Assembly (NCBI GenBank): GCA_047495785.1
Contig: JBLDXI010000004.1
Location: forward strand, 496,001-560,000
Direction of reading: 5' to 3'
Source: Lepidodermella squamata
Lineage: Eukaryota > Animalia > Gastrotricha
DNA: 64,000 nucleotides
In this document: positions 49,182-62,000 of the stretch, in pieces
Position numbering within the stretch: the first letter of the stretch is position 1
Layout: the number at the start of each line of letters is the position of its first letter
Program-made: the position numbers and the translations under genes
Notes under the pieces: generated by a model
The model's database searches: none
Seen by the model: only the letters and a program-made list of their open reading frames with translations
Told to the model about the DNA's origin: nothing

Positions 49182-50029
49182 GGTTTGGTTACTTTTCCGC
49201 TTTTTAAGTTCCGCTATTTCATTTCCGCTACATTTTTTTCCGCCGATGACCATTTCCGCTATTGCGTGTTCCGCCATTTTCATTTCCGCTATAGTATGAG
49301 TTCCGCCATGTACTTTTCCGCTATAACACACTTCCGCTATCAAGGGTTCCGCCAAATGACAGTTCCGCTATGGACTTTTCCGCTCCCAATTCTTTTCGCC
49401 AAGGTGATTTTCAGCTCTTCATTATAATGATCAGATCATTTTAACCAAAAAGCCACTGAAAGGAGAAGAGGGTGTTGAAAGCCTCTAACCGATATAACTT
49501 AAGAGGTTTCCCGTTTTCCTTCCGTAGTGAAACCGTTCAGCGGCTACGAGTAGGTTAGCAGCGAAGCTGCGTGAAAGGTTAAAATGCGCCAATAAAAAAT
49601 TGGCCAGGAATGCATGAAATAAATTAAATTATGAAATAAATATGAAATAATTAGTGTAATGATTCGATTGAATTTCGGTCGTATAGAGGAATTATCTTGT
49701 TATTAGCTCTACGTGGTTTTTCTACTGGCCTAATTATTGTTCCAGGGTTTCTCAAATTTTCCATTCGCCCCGGTTTTTAGAATTTAGAAAAATTGAGAGC
49801 CAATGAGAGCAAATGAGAGCCAAAAAGCGGAAGTGGAATAAAGCGGAAATGACCTTTAGCGGAAATGTTGTTGGCGGAAATCAAATTTGGCGGAAAGATG
49901 ATTGGCGGAAATGTCACTGGCGGAAGTGTACTTGTAGCGGAAAAGACATCAGGCGGAAATGATCATAGCGGAAAAAAAATCGGCGGAACTGAAAAAGCGG
50001 AAATTAAAAAGCGGAAAAGTAACCATACG
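49182..50029 (-). mobile_element. Non-autonomous MULE related to 58609-61614
   Basis: TIRs GGTTTGGTTACTTTTCCGC / GCGGAAAAGTAACCATACG, TTCCGC repeat arrays, 9-bp TSD ACCTGATAG, and a decayed first transposase exon (LLTYS*PLNGFTT) on the minus strand. Confidence 0.85.
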
Positions 50030-50078
50030 ACCTGATAGCTTATTGTACGCCGCATCACATTTCAATGTAGGGTCATCA

Positions 50079-50490
50079 GGACGGAACGACAGGACGGAAC
50101 AACGCTCTGATTATCTCAGCAACCCTGAGGAATTTCAAAAAATAAATTAGATATTCTGAATGAGCGTGAAAAGTTAGGGCGGTGTGCAAATTTGCGCATG
50201 ATTTGTGAGTGATTTGCGCGTGATTTGGGCATTATCTGCGCATACGGCTCTCACCCGTGTTGAGCGCGAAGTTCATGTGCGCGCGCGCACTCACACGCAC
50301 ATGCACGCGCTGTTCCACTATCCCGCCTTATTTCTTCCCCATTTTGGAAGATAATCGCGCGCAAATTAGTATCCCTCTCTAACTTTTCATGCTGATTCAG
50401 AATATCTAATTTATGTTTTGAAATTCCTCAGCGTTGAAAAGTTAATTTTTTGTCGTTCCGTCCGTCGTTCCGTCACGTGTCGTTCCGTCC
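50079..50490. repeat. Palindromic MITE-like element with GGACGGAACGAC motifs
   Basis: CTGAGGAATTTCAAAA..AATTAGATATTCTGAAT..GAAAAGTTAG is mirrored at 50379-50431; the same motif recurs at ~48864, ~49030 and ~50636. Confidence 0.65.
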
Positions 50491-51867
50491 ATGTGATTGC
50501 GCAACATCTATAGCATCTGACCGGAAAATTTTTCGGCCAAAATGTTGCCAACAAATATAGACGCAGCTTTACCCATCCCCGAGGCCTTTAAAAGTGCACC
50601 GCTTTTTTGAAATCGAATTAGAAACAATAATTGATGGACGGAACGACGCGACAGTGTCAAAAAATGTAACATCACCTGGTCAAAAAATATTTTGACTACG
50701 GCATCGAGCAATGTCTCAAATTGAAGCTTACATGGTCAACAACATTTAAACATATTAATATTACATAAGCACTTTCAACTGTCGTCAAAATGTTGTTGGG
50801 AAAAATTCCATCTTTTGGCATTTCGTCAATGTCAAATGTGTACCATTTTTGACAAGGTAAAAATCATGTTAACTGACAAAACTGACTATAGTCATATATA
50901 TTTTCTGAAAGCTCATGTCCAGGGCTTTCTGGAAATATATAAATTTCTATCTAAATCGCGAATTTTTTTTCCGGTGGTCAGGTTGACAGTTACACGTTTT
51001 TACCACTTTTTCAATCACCGATAATCGATAATCGATAATCGATTCGATTATCGATTATCGATTATCGGTGATTGATTTCCATGATTCGGGTGATGATTGG
51101 TCCAATTTCATGGTGATTTTTGAGTTCATCGCATGAAAATAACCAAGTATCACTGAAATCAGCATAAAATCGCAATATTATCGATTATCGATAAATCGAT
51201 CGATATCTGATCGATAAAAATAAAAATCATCCGATCGGCACAAAAATTATATTGCTGGAAAGTACTGTTTAAGGGGATCTCGAAAATCAAAAAATCTTTC
51301 ATCTCGGATTTGTTTTGAGTGATTTATGACAGTTTCAATTTTTTCGCTCGAGATGACATTTTCTTGGCCGCACCCACACACTTTCAATGAAGAATCAGTT
51401 TAATTGTCCGCATTCAACTCAGTTTACATATTTTTTTCAAACAATAACAAAACAAAAAAATAAAACAAAATGGCCACAGAATTCTGTCAATTAAAAAAGA
51501 AAGTTAATTAAAATGTACCAATAATCCATCGAGGCGAGATTTTTTTGTATCAACTTTTTTTTTAAACCAGTTTGTTTTAAAAAAAGCTCCAATGATTTTC
51601 GAAATTCAAATATGCGTGCCTAAAAATCTTACGGCGTCACAGGAGAACGCGTGTCGTGAACATCTGGCGAGAAGAACAAACCGTATAGGCAGCGATATTT
51701 TGATAAACAACTCGTGACTGCGTTTTCGGTGTAGTCGGACAACGGACTAGCTAATGCGTTGTAAGAAAAGTCACGCGATCGCCTGGAACAGGACATCAAA
51801 ACAACACGTTATTCTCTCCGATTCTTCAAATATTTCAAACAATATTTTGCTCGGTTAACCACAACAA

Positions 51868-53677
51868 ATGACTGCTTTTCACAACTCTTTGCTGTTAATG
51901 CTGATGCTAGCGAAAAGTGACGTTGCTTGGGGCAGTAAGCCGTTGAACTGGGTTCGATGCTTCTCGCAGTTTAGCAACCGATTCACCAACTTTATTGAAG
52001 CTGCCTCTGGCTGTGATCCACTCAAAGAATATCAGGTTTTCCGTTTTAATTAGTTTCAATTGCTTGGAAATTAATCTTCTCCCTTATCAATAGTGGGGCT
52101 CCGTTTTCCGAACAGTCGGCGTCTGTAATACCGGGGTTTGCGGTCGATCATCTTTCTGTTTACGTTATATTCCATTTCTCCCTTTATTCGATTTTAGAAT
52201 GCCCGAATGTGCTACAAATACGCGGCTTTGAGCCCGTTTTGCGTGCCTGGAAACGTCGGCTGTAACAACCCGGGTGATATGAATGTAAGATTCGATAGAA
52301 TCATCAGAAGTATCTTAATAATTGATAATTAAATAATCGTAAAAATGTTAAGAAATTAGGAATTATTATTTTGAATAGTTTTCTGATTTTACGACAATTT
52401 TCGTTTTGTCTTTCAGACGTTCTGGTTCAATGATCAGAATGCGACGTTGAGCTTGAAATTCAACCTAAACGAATGTGAGAAGCAACGAGCTGTTTTCGAT
52501 GTGAGTACTTCGCTAATGTTATGACGTCATAGTTTTTTCAAATCTGTAATTATTAGAAATTGCAATTTCGGCGATGTACTTCAACCAACGCCATTCAAAC
52601 TTGCGTCCCGGACCCTTACACCTGCCCCAGCAATTGGGTTAGTTTCTAAATGTTGTCCATTCTCAACATTTTTATAGCAATTTGTTGTTTTATTCAATGT
52701 TCTGTTTTCACCTAGGTAACTGAATCAACGCTTTACCCAAATTTAGCTTCCTGCATCAACGGCACAAGTTAGCCCTCCCCTTTTTCTCGAGGATTTCTTT
52801 TGCAATTATTTCCTGGTGTAATAAATTGATCTTATTATCATGATTTTCAGTGACTGTTCCAGACAGCCAGAAGCCGCACATCCGCTGTTTCGACTCATCT
52901 TCTAGAAGATTCAAAGACTGCCGACCGCAAAGCTCAGGCTGTTTCGCTGGCAATGAAACTCGGCAGTACTCGACAGGGGTGTACATCGATCGCGATACTT
53001 GCCTGGTCGGAGTAAGATTTCGACGAACTAATCTGCTCGGCATTGTTTCGTATTTTTGAACAGAATGCTGTTTCCTGCAAAGATTCATCTGGGAAATTCT
53101 CCTGCTATACAGCTTGTCCTCAGGATCAAACTCAGGTAAAGCTCGACCATAGGCCAATGTTTCTGGTATTGGGTGCTTTCGTCTCAATTTAGGACAAGCT
53201 TTTCACTGGATTGGAGTCTTTTCAACTCAATCACGACGCGTGCTTGAGGGATATATCTCCGGTAAGTTTTATAACATGCAAATCTGTAATTCTTTGTAAT
53301 CTTTCTTTACAATACAATAAGTATTTCGGGCTATTTGTATTCAGCGACAAAGCATTCCCCTTGTAGAATGTGTCAAGCTTAATGCAACGCTAGCCACGAT
53401 CAAGTCAGCCGATGAGATGGCTATCGCATCGATTGTGATGGATGATCCGGAGTTTGGTTACATATACGCCTTCTGGATCGGCCTCACTCAGCAACAAGGC
53501 GTTCTGAAATGGGACGATGGTTCCGACTTCACGTATAACGATGCGATGTGGTATGGGCCTCGAGCCGATGGGTGCGTTGTTACCATCTTCAACTCCGATC
53601 CAGTCGCCGGATATCACTTCAAAAGCGTTCCATGTGATGGTGCTTTCCCACAAGTTCTATGCCAGAAGCCTTCCTAA
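51868..53677 (+). CDS. Gene F: secreted protein, five four-Cys modules + one CTLD
   Basis: Exons are homologous to D/E but the sixth module is absent. CTLD reads FWIGLTQQQGVLKWDDGS..GCV..C..VLCQ. The last acceptor is uncertain (~53344). Confidence 0.82.
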
Positions 53678-54636
53678 TTATTTTCTTTGCTATTGGTATT
53701 ATGGATGATGAAATAGAAACAGATTCTTTTATGAAAGTGGAAGATTAGTTTCTAATGCATGAATGATTTCGTCTTATTAAATCATTGATAATCCAAATAA
53801 TTTCGAGAAGTAAAACGTCCTATCGTATCACAGTCCTTTCGAGGTGTAATCAAACGTGTTGCAGTGTTAGAAGTGCGAAGTGCGAAATAGAAAATGTCAT
53901 CGTCAATAGTCAATATTACACAATGAATCTTTTGACATTCCTGTTGCCTCTTGATGCATTGCTATTTTCAAGAACACGGCTGTTCAAGTAGTAGCGTATT
54001 CGCTGACAGCTGCCTAATTTTGAGGCCCGAGCCCGATTTCGGCACGTACGCGCTCGGGCCGGCACCTATGCGGTCTGGTAAGTGAACTTTACCACTCCGC
54101 GCTCGGGCCGGTTTGAAACATGCCCGTATGCGACGTTTACTGTAAATTTAACAAATTCGAAAGAGCCACGCTCAACCGCACGCTAGCCGGCCAAGGTGCC
54201 AGCCCGAGCACGGCGGAGAACAATGCGGGAACCGGGCCTATTGTTAGGCGATCGCACGCGCCGTTCTCGGGCCACCGGGCTTGGACCAGGACTTGATACA
54301 GTTATCGGGCAGGGCGCTGGTTGTAGGATGACCCAAGCCCGGTGCCAGATTTCAGAGGCCCGCGCCCGGCGGCCCGAATGCGGCGCTTAACAATAGCGCT
54401 GGTTCCCATTTTTCTCGCATCGCTCGTATAATTTGCTCAGATAACCTTTAATTTGAACCAATGCGGAACGCGGAACACACATGTTCATTTTTGAGCGAGA
54501 TAACTTGCAACCATGACATTATTCGGTCTATGCTAGCAACAAAATGTTTTTTAACAACCAATATTGACCTATATATGATATGATATGAAGAAGTTCAAAA
54601 TTCGCAGAAGACCAAATTATTCGTGAATAACACCCT

Positions 54637-54883
54637 CAGGGTGCGATCTTCGATGCCCGAGCTCCCGGGGATGGAAAAATTTTTTTTGCTGTATTTGCCA
54701 AAATGACGAGTCATTTCGGCTAATAACCGAGCGAAGCGAGAAAATGTTGGATATTTTCCACTGAAACACGCCCCAGAACCTTCAAAAATTAACAAAACAG
54801 TGGGATAAATTCTCATTTTGTTGTCTGGCCGGCCCGAGCTGGGGGGGATGATCCCCCCATCCCCCCCTGAAAGTCGCACACTG
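54637..54883. mobile_element. hAT-type MITE
   Basis: TIRs CAGGGTGCGA / TCGCACACTG; exact 8-bp TSD AACACCCT. Confidence 0.8.
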
Positions 54884-55019
54884 AACACCCTGATTATTAG
54901 CTCTTTGCAACTGGCTTGAGGAGAATACAGTATGCACGAGTGGCGCACGTAGGCCGGCCGGCCACAGTCTTACCATAATAATTGGTTTCAAATATTTAGC
55001 GATTGTGAGGGTCGAAGTT

Positions 55020-55106
55020 GAAAAATTGGTCAAGTGGCTGTCATTCGGCATCAGATCACGTGCTCTGATGAGCGACGGTTCGACTCCTCGGAAAGAAGCA
55101 TTTTTT
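55020..55106 (+). other. tRNA-like Pol III unit or SINE head
   Basis: A-box TGGTCAAGTGG (55027), CATCAGA/TCTGATG stem, B-box GGTTCGACTCC (55077) and T6 terminator; no acceptor stem. Confidence 0.4.
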
Positions 55107-55214
55107 CTTAGCTTTCAATTTTTTTTGTATCGCCTGTGGCCTTTGCTGCGCCCCGTCCCAGCAGAAAATCGCCCTCGTAAGTTCGTTAGTTCGAGCATCC
55201 GTCAAATTATTAAG

Positions 55215-58200
55215 CCTTCGTCGCAAACAGTCATGCAGCAACGGGGGTACGTACGATTCGACGGCCGCGCTATGTCGATGCACATCCGGTTATGCAGGCA
55301 AGCTGTGTGAAGCGTGTAAGTTCTTCTGAGGGCGTGTGAATTCTCGACTCGACTTCTCTCATATAGATTCCTGTCCGAACTGTAAGAATGGAGCCACGTG
55401 TGATGGCCCCAACCACTGCAAGTGTCCGAGTGGCTGGCGGGGATTGAACTGCGACGAATGTGAGTCAAAGATCGCTACGACAAAATCAAGTGTTGATTTT
55501 TCTTCCCGGCCACCAGTTTACTGTAGCGAACCGTGGTGCTGGAACGGCGGAACGTGCATCGGCCCTCACAAATGCGAATGCCTGTCGGGTTGGACCGGGG
55601 CGAATTGCAGCCAGTGTAAGCTAACGCCACCACAGATAGACGGGGAGTTTCAATGAAGCCGCTTGTATATCGAATATCTAACTAATAGAGTACTGTAACC
55701 CCAGCTCGAGAGGTATCGGCAAGGTATAGAGACTCGAGAGGGGCCCGAAAATGTGGGGTGGATTATAGCCAAAAATTCCACATCATTCTTCGTACTTGCC
55801 TCGAGTGAACTGAATTTGCCCCCGAACTGAATTTGCCTCTGAATTTTTCAGCTGGCTGCAACCTTGCGTGTCAAAATGGTGGTAAATGTGGAGCATCCGC
55901 AACCCAGTGCACTTGCCCTAGCGGTTTCAGCGGCAATCTGTGCCAAACAGGTTTGATGGCGCCCCTTGAATATTTGTCGGAATCATTCGCTGTAAACAAT
56001 TTGAAGCCAAGTATTTCGTGGCAACGGGGGCTGCAGCTGATTACGCCAAGTCAGCTTACAACTGCTTTTCGGGTGGCGGGCGACTGGCGCAGCCAATGAC
56101 GGCCGACGAGTTAGCGGCTGCGAAGACGGCCGCCGCCGGCACGCCCCGCTACATCGGGCTGACGGCCAAGTTTCGCCTCATTTCCGGCGATTCGGTAATG
56201 ACCGGACTCCCGGCGTTCCCAGACACTGGGCTGAACGTGGCGGAAGGCTCGGGTGATTGTAAGTGGGCATTACTGCTGCTTTAGCCAGCGTGAAATGCAT
56301 TTTTCGCCTCAGGTCCTTATTTAGCTGGATCATCTAGTGTGACCACCTCGATTGTATGGCGATTTCGCCCGTGCACTGAAACAGTCAGCCACATTGTCTG
56401 CCAGGACGCATCCACGGTAAGTCATCTTTTTTTACCGAATTCGGTCTAAAATTCGTAAAATGTAATTGTATGCAGAAAAGTTTGTGTTCTAAGTAGTATA
56501 GGAAATCACTTTCAAAATTTTCGCCAAAACTGAATTTTCTGATTCAAGTTATCCTTTTTATCTATTTTTCATTGAACTTTGAATCCTTCAGCCAAGTTGC
56601 TTTGACAGCTCTATGATGTCTCTTTCACAGCGTAAAATGTGGTTGTACGCGCAGAACAACAACTTTGACCAGGCCAGGGCGTTTTGCGAGGCGAAAGGCT
56701 TGACAATGCTGAGTATCAAGAAAACGGCAGAGTACTGGCGAGTCCAGTATCTGCTGCAATTCAAATACGTGACTGACATTGCAGTGTGGGCTGGGTTCAA
56801 ACGCGACCGAACACCGCCGTACTACGCTTGGCTGAACAAGCAGCCGTACAGCAGTAACGACGCTCTGCCAGATGGAAACGGCGGAGCTAAAAGGTTTAGC
56901 GACTCTAAATCATGTGAGTGGGATACATTTACCATACTTTTCGCGTGCTATGGTTACAATTCATGTTACAGGCGGTGCAATAGCCGCTGATGGTTCGCTG
57001 TACGCTGTTACCTGTACGACTGCTATGGCAGCTCTTTGTGAGCGTCCTTCAGGTGGGTTCAATCAATTTTCAATCAAGGTTAACTAAGTATGGATAAAAT
57101 CACTTGCCATTCCTCAACCATGAGGTTCCCCGGGCTTATCTTTCGACCATCGACAGTCCGAACCCATAGGAGTGAGCTCACTCAACCCATGAGCCGTCGC
57201 TACATGAAGTTGAAAGGAGAAAATTGAATACCTCTCGACGGTGCCCTAAATTAGCATAAAAGCTTCACTTCTGAACCTGAATTGCATACTCGCTCAATTT
57301 GAATCCTCTTGGTTTCCAGAATTATTGAAACACAGTGGTTAACTGCGTTGATCTCGTAATATTCAGATGATAACAGTTAAAAAACGATAAAACTATTCTT
57401 ATCATAGAATTGACATTAACATATTGCATCGTTTTAGCTATTTGCAACCCTCCGTGCCAAAACGGTGGCTCGTGTTTTGATAACAATGTCTGCTCTTGCA
57501 CTGAGCTTTTCATGGGATCGACGTGTGAAACCGGTTCGTTTGACTATTTTAGCCATTGATTATAACAATTACAGCCCTATTGGCAACGTAGCGCGGCTGT
57601 TCGTCGCAGCGGGCGGGCCGAAGAAGTACGTCGTGGCGATTCGAGCGTGCCAGGCCGAAGGAGCGCCGCCGCTGTCGTGGACAGAAGCGACTTCTTCGAC
57701 GGCTATTAAACTGGTTGCCAACCAGGATTACTGGCTGTCCTATTCCAGGTCGTTCACATTCGATGACGGCCAGGTGCTCGACTGGGGGCTGCAGCCAGTG
57801 AGCTGGTTCCTCGGCGAACCAACCCAAGATGGCGATTGTAAGTTTATGTAAATTCTTACTGTTCTCAGTGAAGCTTATCGCTTAGCTAATTGCAGGCAAT
57901 AAAGTTTTGTAAAATGTGTATTCTCTAGAGCTGAAGACTGCTGGAACATGTTCTTCCCGCTAAATTTCGCTAAAATGCTCAAGAACGCGCGTTTAATTGA
58001 GTTGATCAATTTTCGATAGTACGGACCTGATTACATCCGATTGCGTTTAAAATGCATAGCTTAGCTGGGTTGAAAATCATTTGAAAAATTGATATATATA
58101 TATATATATATATATATTTATTTATTTATTTATTCAGGTCTGACTTTGAGGATCGACTCGGCGTCGTCTTACGGTTACAACGACGTTCACTGCACGTCGT

Positions 58201-58465
58201 TCACTCTAATAAACATCTACTGCGCCGATCCGAGTTCGGTACGCTGCTGTTACATATTATGAATATCATGAAGAGGGGCTTTATTAGGGATTAATTGTAT
58301 ATATTACTTTATTGTTTCAGGGCGAAGTGGCATTGCAGAGCAGTGACGCCGCAAAGTCGTGGACAGAAGCGGACACGTTGTGCAAGGCTGCGTCAAAGAT
58401 GCTGCCGATCGCCGCCGACTCCGCATCAATGTTGAGCCTGGCCACGCGGTTCCCGTCTGCTGTTA
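55215..58465 (+). CDS. Gene G: mosaic EGF + C-type lectin protein (4 EGF, 2 CTLD, EGF, CTLD, start of a 4th CTLD), disrupted by a transposon; start not located
   Basis: EGF exons ([22 protein letters not shown]; [25 protein letters not shown]; CWNGGTC..; CQNGGKC..; [11 protein letters not shown]..) and CTLD exons ([16 protein letters not shown]; YWLS..W..GEP; [10 protein letters not shown]). The reading frame runs into a TE end at 58466. Confidence 0.85.
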
Positions 58466-58608
58466 CCCTGTCGAAAATCCGTAGGCTCAGATAGGGTTTT
58501 TGGGATTAGCCACTAAGTCGAACTCCTAATTTAGCCTTCGATAGGCTTTACCATGTTGAAGTGTTTTTGCGTTGGCTCTCGTCAAAAAGAGCAACCTCCA
58601 ATTTAGGC

Positions 58609-61600
58609 GGTTTACCCTACTTTCCGCCATGGCATTTCCGCTAAGACATTTCCGCCAAGAAAAATTCCGCTGAAAGCATTTCCGCCAGATACCAATTCCG
58701 CCAATATAATATTCCGCCACGGTCATTTCCGCTAGCGTCACTTCCGCCATAGGACAATTCCGCCAAAGACAATTCCGCTTTTTATCACTTCCGCTGAGTT
58801 CGTTTTCCGCCAATCAATATATCCGCTGAATGTCAGTTCCGCTCTTGAATACTTCCGCCGATAGACATTTCCGCTGATTATTTTTCGCATTCATTTAATG
58901 ATGACACAATTTTTTTGAGAATAAAATGCCAAAATAATTTGGAAAATTTCCACATGGTGCTTTTCTTTTACAATTCAGTGACCAATGATGTAGAATGGTG
59001 ATCATAAACTTCCTTCGAAGAAATTAAAAGCAATTTTTCAATCGATGCTCAATAACAAAGGGCAATTGAATTCAAAACGCAGCTGAGATACGCAGAAGAC
59101 CGCAATGCCAGTTAGTGAAATTCGTCATGAAATAAATGAAACGAAATAAAAGGCGGTTACAAATCAGAAAATTACATGGAAGACATTTTCCAAACTAAGA
59201 GTTTCCACTTCAAGAGTCGAAAATGCATTTTTGGTCTATTTTTTAGTTTTTCCTTGCTGAGTTTTTTTACTGCCAGCCTGCTTACCACCTCTCAGCCTCT
59301 AGATGGCTTTACCACTAAGGGAAGGCCTTTGAAATTATATAGGTTTGTGATTAGAATTCGTAAATGTTTATTATTTTTGAGTTTTATAGAGGGTTCCTGT
59401 ATCGGCGTGTTGCTGGAACCGAGTCATGGCGCTGCCTTCAAGATCGTTGCGGCAAGTACTGCCGCTTCAACGCCAACGGATTCGAGGGAGCTGAGCCGCA
59501 GCACAGTCATCCACCGAACCCGGAAAAGGTTGCCGAGATTTTCACGGAAAACAACATGCGAAGGCGCGCAGCCACTGAAAACACCGGCTACGACACCATC
59601 TTCGATGAAGAAGCTGAGAGGGTAATTATGAATGAAGAAGCTGATTAGGTGGTAAAATTGATCGTTTTTTTGTTGTTTTACAGCTGCTTGCAGAGCACGG
59701 TGAAGCAGCCGCATCGTTACTGCCGCAATATCGGGCAATGAGGGCTTCAATGGCTCGGAAGCGTAGGCGACGTGATGAACCCAGAGAACCTGCTACATCA
59801 GCCGAGTTCGTGGCAATGTTGAATGGCGATGTGGATGCGGAGGCCGACTTGAGACCATACGTCGAAACTCGGGATCAGAGTCGGTTCCTTCTTTTCGCGG
59901 CTAGTGAAGCGAATGAAGAAATGGCCGTGTTTGGGACCCACGCTGATTTGGCGAGAATGTGTCAAGCAGAGCGGCTATTCATGGACGGCACATTCAAGGT
60001 TTCTTTCAGAACTTGGTCGTCATGTTAATCTCTCTTTTGTAATTAGGTTGCCCCTCGCGTCTTTAGCCAGCTCTTCATAATTCACAGCTTGGAGCAGGGC
60101 ACTATGTACCCGCTGTGCTATGCATTGCTGTCGTCAAAAAGCCAGCCTTGCTATCAACGCTTTTTCCGGCGACTCAAAGACTACTGCCAGGACCACGTCC
60201 ACATGAACCTCAGGCCAACTGAAATAACTGCTGATTTTGAATCCGGGCTCATCCCCGCTATTGCCGCGGAGTTCCCCACGGCTCAGTTTGTTGGCTGTTA
60301 TTTTCATTACTGCCAATGCCTGTACACAAACGTCGTCGATCGTGGCCACGCGGTAAGTGAACTTGATTTCCGCTGAATTGTTAATTATAAATCAATTTAT
60401 ATAGGTTCTGTACAAACAAAACCAGAATTTCCGCCTTTGGGTTCGCAAGTTAATGGCTCTGGCGTTGCTACCGCTCGATAGGGTCGACGAATACATGGCC
60501 CGTGTCATCGAAGAAGCCGACACCCCAGAAAAGGAAGATTTCCTGGTCTACTTCGTCCCGCAATGGCATGAAAACAATGTCATCTCTCACGCGCACTGGA
60601 ATGTTTACGGCAGAGACACGCGCACCAACAACGCCGTTGAAGGTTAGTTGATGAGTATTTCCATCCTTTTCATAAAATCTATTCTGTTAAGGCTACCATC
60701 ATCGGCTCAATCGCCAAGTTGGACATCGCCACCCAGGTGTGTGGAAGCTCCTTGAAAAGCTTGTCGACGAGGAGCGTCATCACCGTCTCATGCGATTGCC
60801 CGTGGCAGCTGGAGCTCCAGGTACTTGAATGCCCCTTTTCAATCTTGAAATGTATTAATTTTCCATGCTAGGTCAACGAAAATTGCCAAAATATGTGAGG
60901 ATCAACGAACGGCTGGAACGGCTGCGATTCCGACTGGAGCACAACCAAATGACTTTGGACCACTACCTCACGGCTGTCCAAAACAATGTCGCTGAGTTCG
61001 CCGACTTCGCTGTCGATCAACTGGATATTGAACCCGATTCTGGCTCCGATTACCAGCCGAGCACCTCGAGCACCGAGACGGCAACTGACTCTGATTAACT
61101 TTCGTCTTCTAATTATTATTTGGATATATAATTTATTCATTCGTTAAAGGATCTGCGAAAGTTTAACTAAAGAATAAAATAAAAATACTTTTATGCATTT
61201 TTTCCTTAATTCGTCATTACTTCATTATGCATCAAGGGATGTTACTGCTGAAGATGAAATTAAATTTTCTTTCAAACGAAGTAAAATTTAGATTTAAGCG
61301 GTTTCTCAAAATTCATAATGAAAAATTGAATTGCTCAAATTAGCAATAAATTGAACAATGGTCAGCGGAAACTCCCCTTAGCGGAAACTCCCCTTAGCGG
61401 AAATTCTCCTTAGCGGAAATTCCCCATGGCGGAATTTATTTTAGCGGAAAACTCACTTGGCGGAAAAGGCGATAGCGGAAAATGCACTCGGCGGAAATCG
61501 ATCGTGGCGGAAATGCCATTGGCGGAACTATCATTGGCGGAAATGACCCGTAGCGGAATTATTTTTGGCGGAAATGGTTTAGCGGAAATGCAAAAGCGGA

Positions 61601-61614
61601 AAGTAGGGAACACG
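58609..61614 (+). mobile_element. Mutator-like element (FLYWCH-MULE, Phantom-type)
   Basis: TIRs GGTTTACCCTACTTTCCGC / GCGGAAAGTAGGGAACACG, TTCCGC arrays, and 8-bp TSD ATTTAGGC. Confidence 0.92.
59280..61098 (+). CDS. MULE transposase with FLYWCH finger (multi-exon; start uncertain)
   Basis: GFLY..WRC..C..HSH, FMDGTFK, TADFE, GCYFHYCQ and RTNNAVEG/YHHRLN. Confidence 0.9.
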
Positions 61615-62000
61615 ATTTAGGCTTCGATAGGCTTCCTGTGATTCGGCTGAAAATGACCTAAAGTCGCAACCTCCAATTTGGCCTTATTTAGCCTTTGCTC
61701 ATTATTTCAAAAATTTGACGATTCTAGCCTTTTTCAGATCGATTCAAAGTTGGCCTCGGATAGGCTTAGGCATTGGAGGAGCCTAAAATAGCCAACGAAC
61801 CGCGTTTCTCATTATTGCGTTATTAGAATCATTCAACATGAACGTATTCTCAAAATCTCGTGGTTTTAACATCAACTATCTTTTTCCTGATTTTTGTGAC
61901 AAGAGGAAGACACGATTGACGCAGAATAACTTTTATTTTAGTTGAAATTTATACTTAATTGAAATGAGATTAACAAAGAATTTGAAAACACAAGCATAAA

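Noticed and set aside
54008-54400. GC-rich CGGGCC/GGCCCG repeat tract and its ORF
   Set aside because: Probably a non-autonomous DNA transposon, but termini and TSD could not be defined; the ORF is compositional.
57115-57205. Weak A/B-box-like sequence on the minus strand in a gene G intron
   Set aside because: Poor B-box and no cloverleaf.
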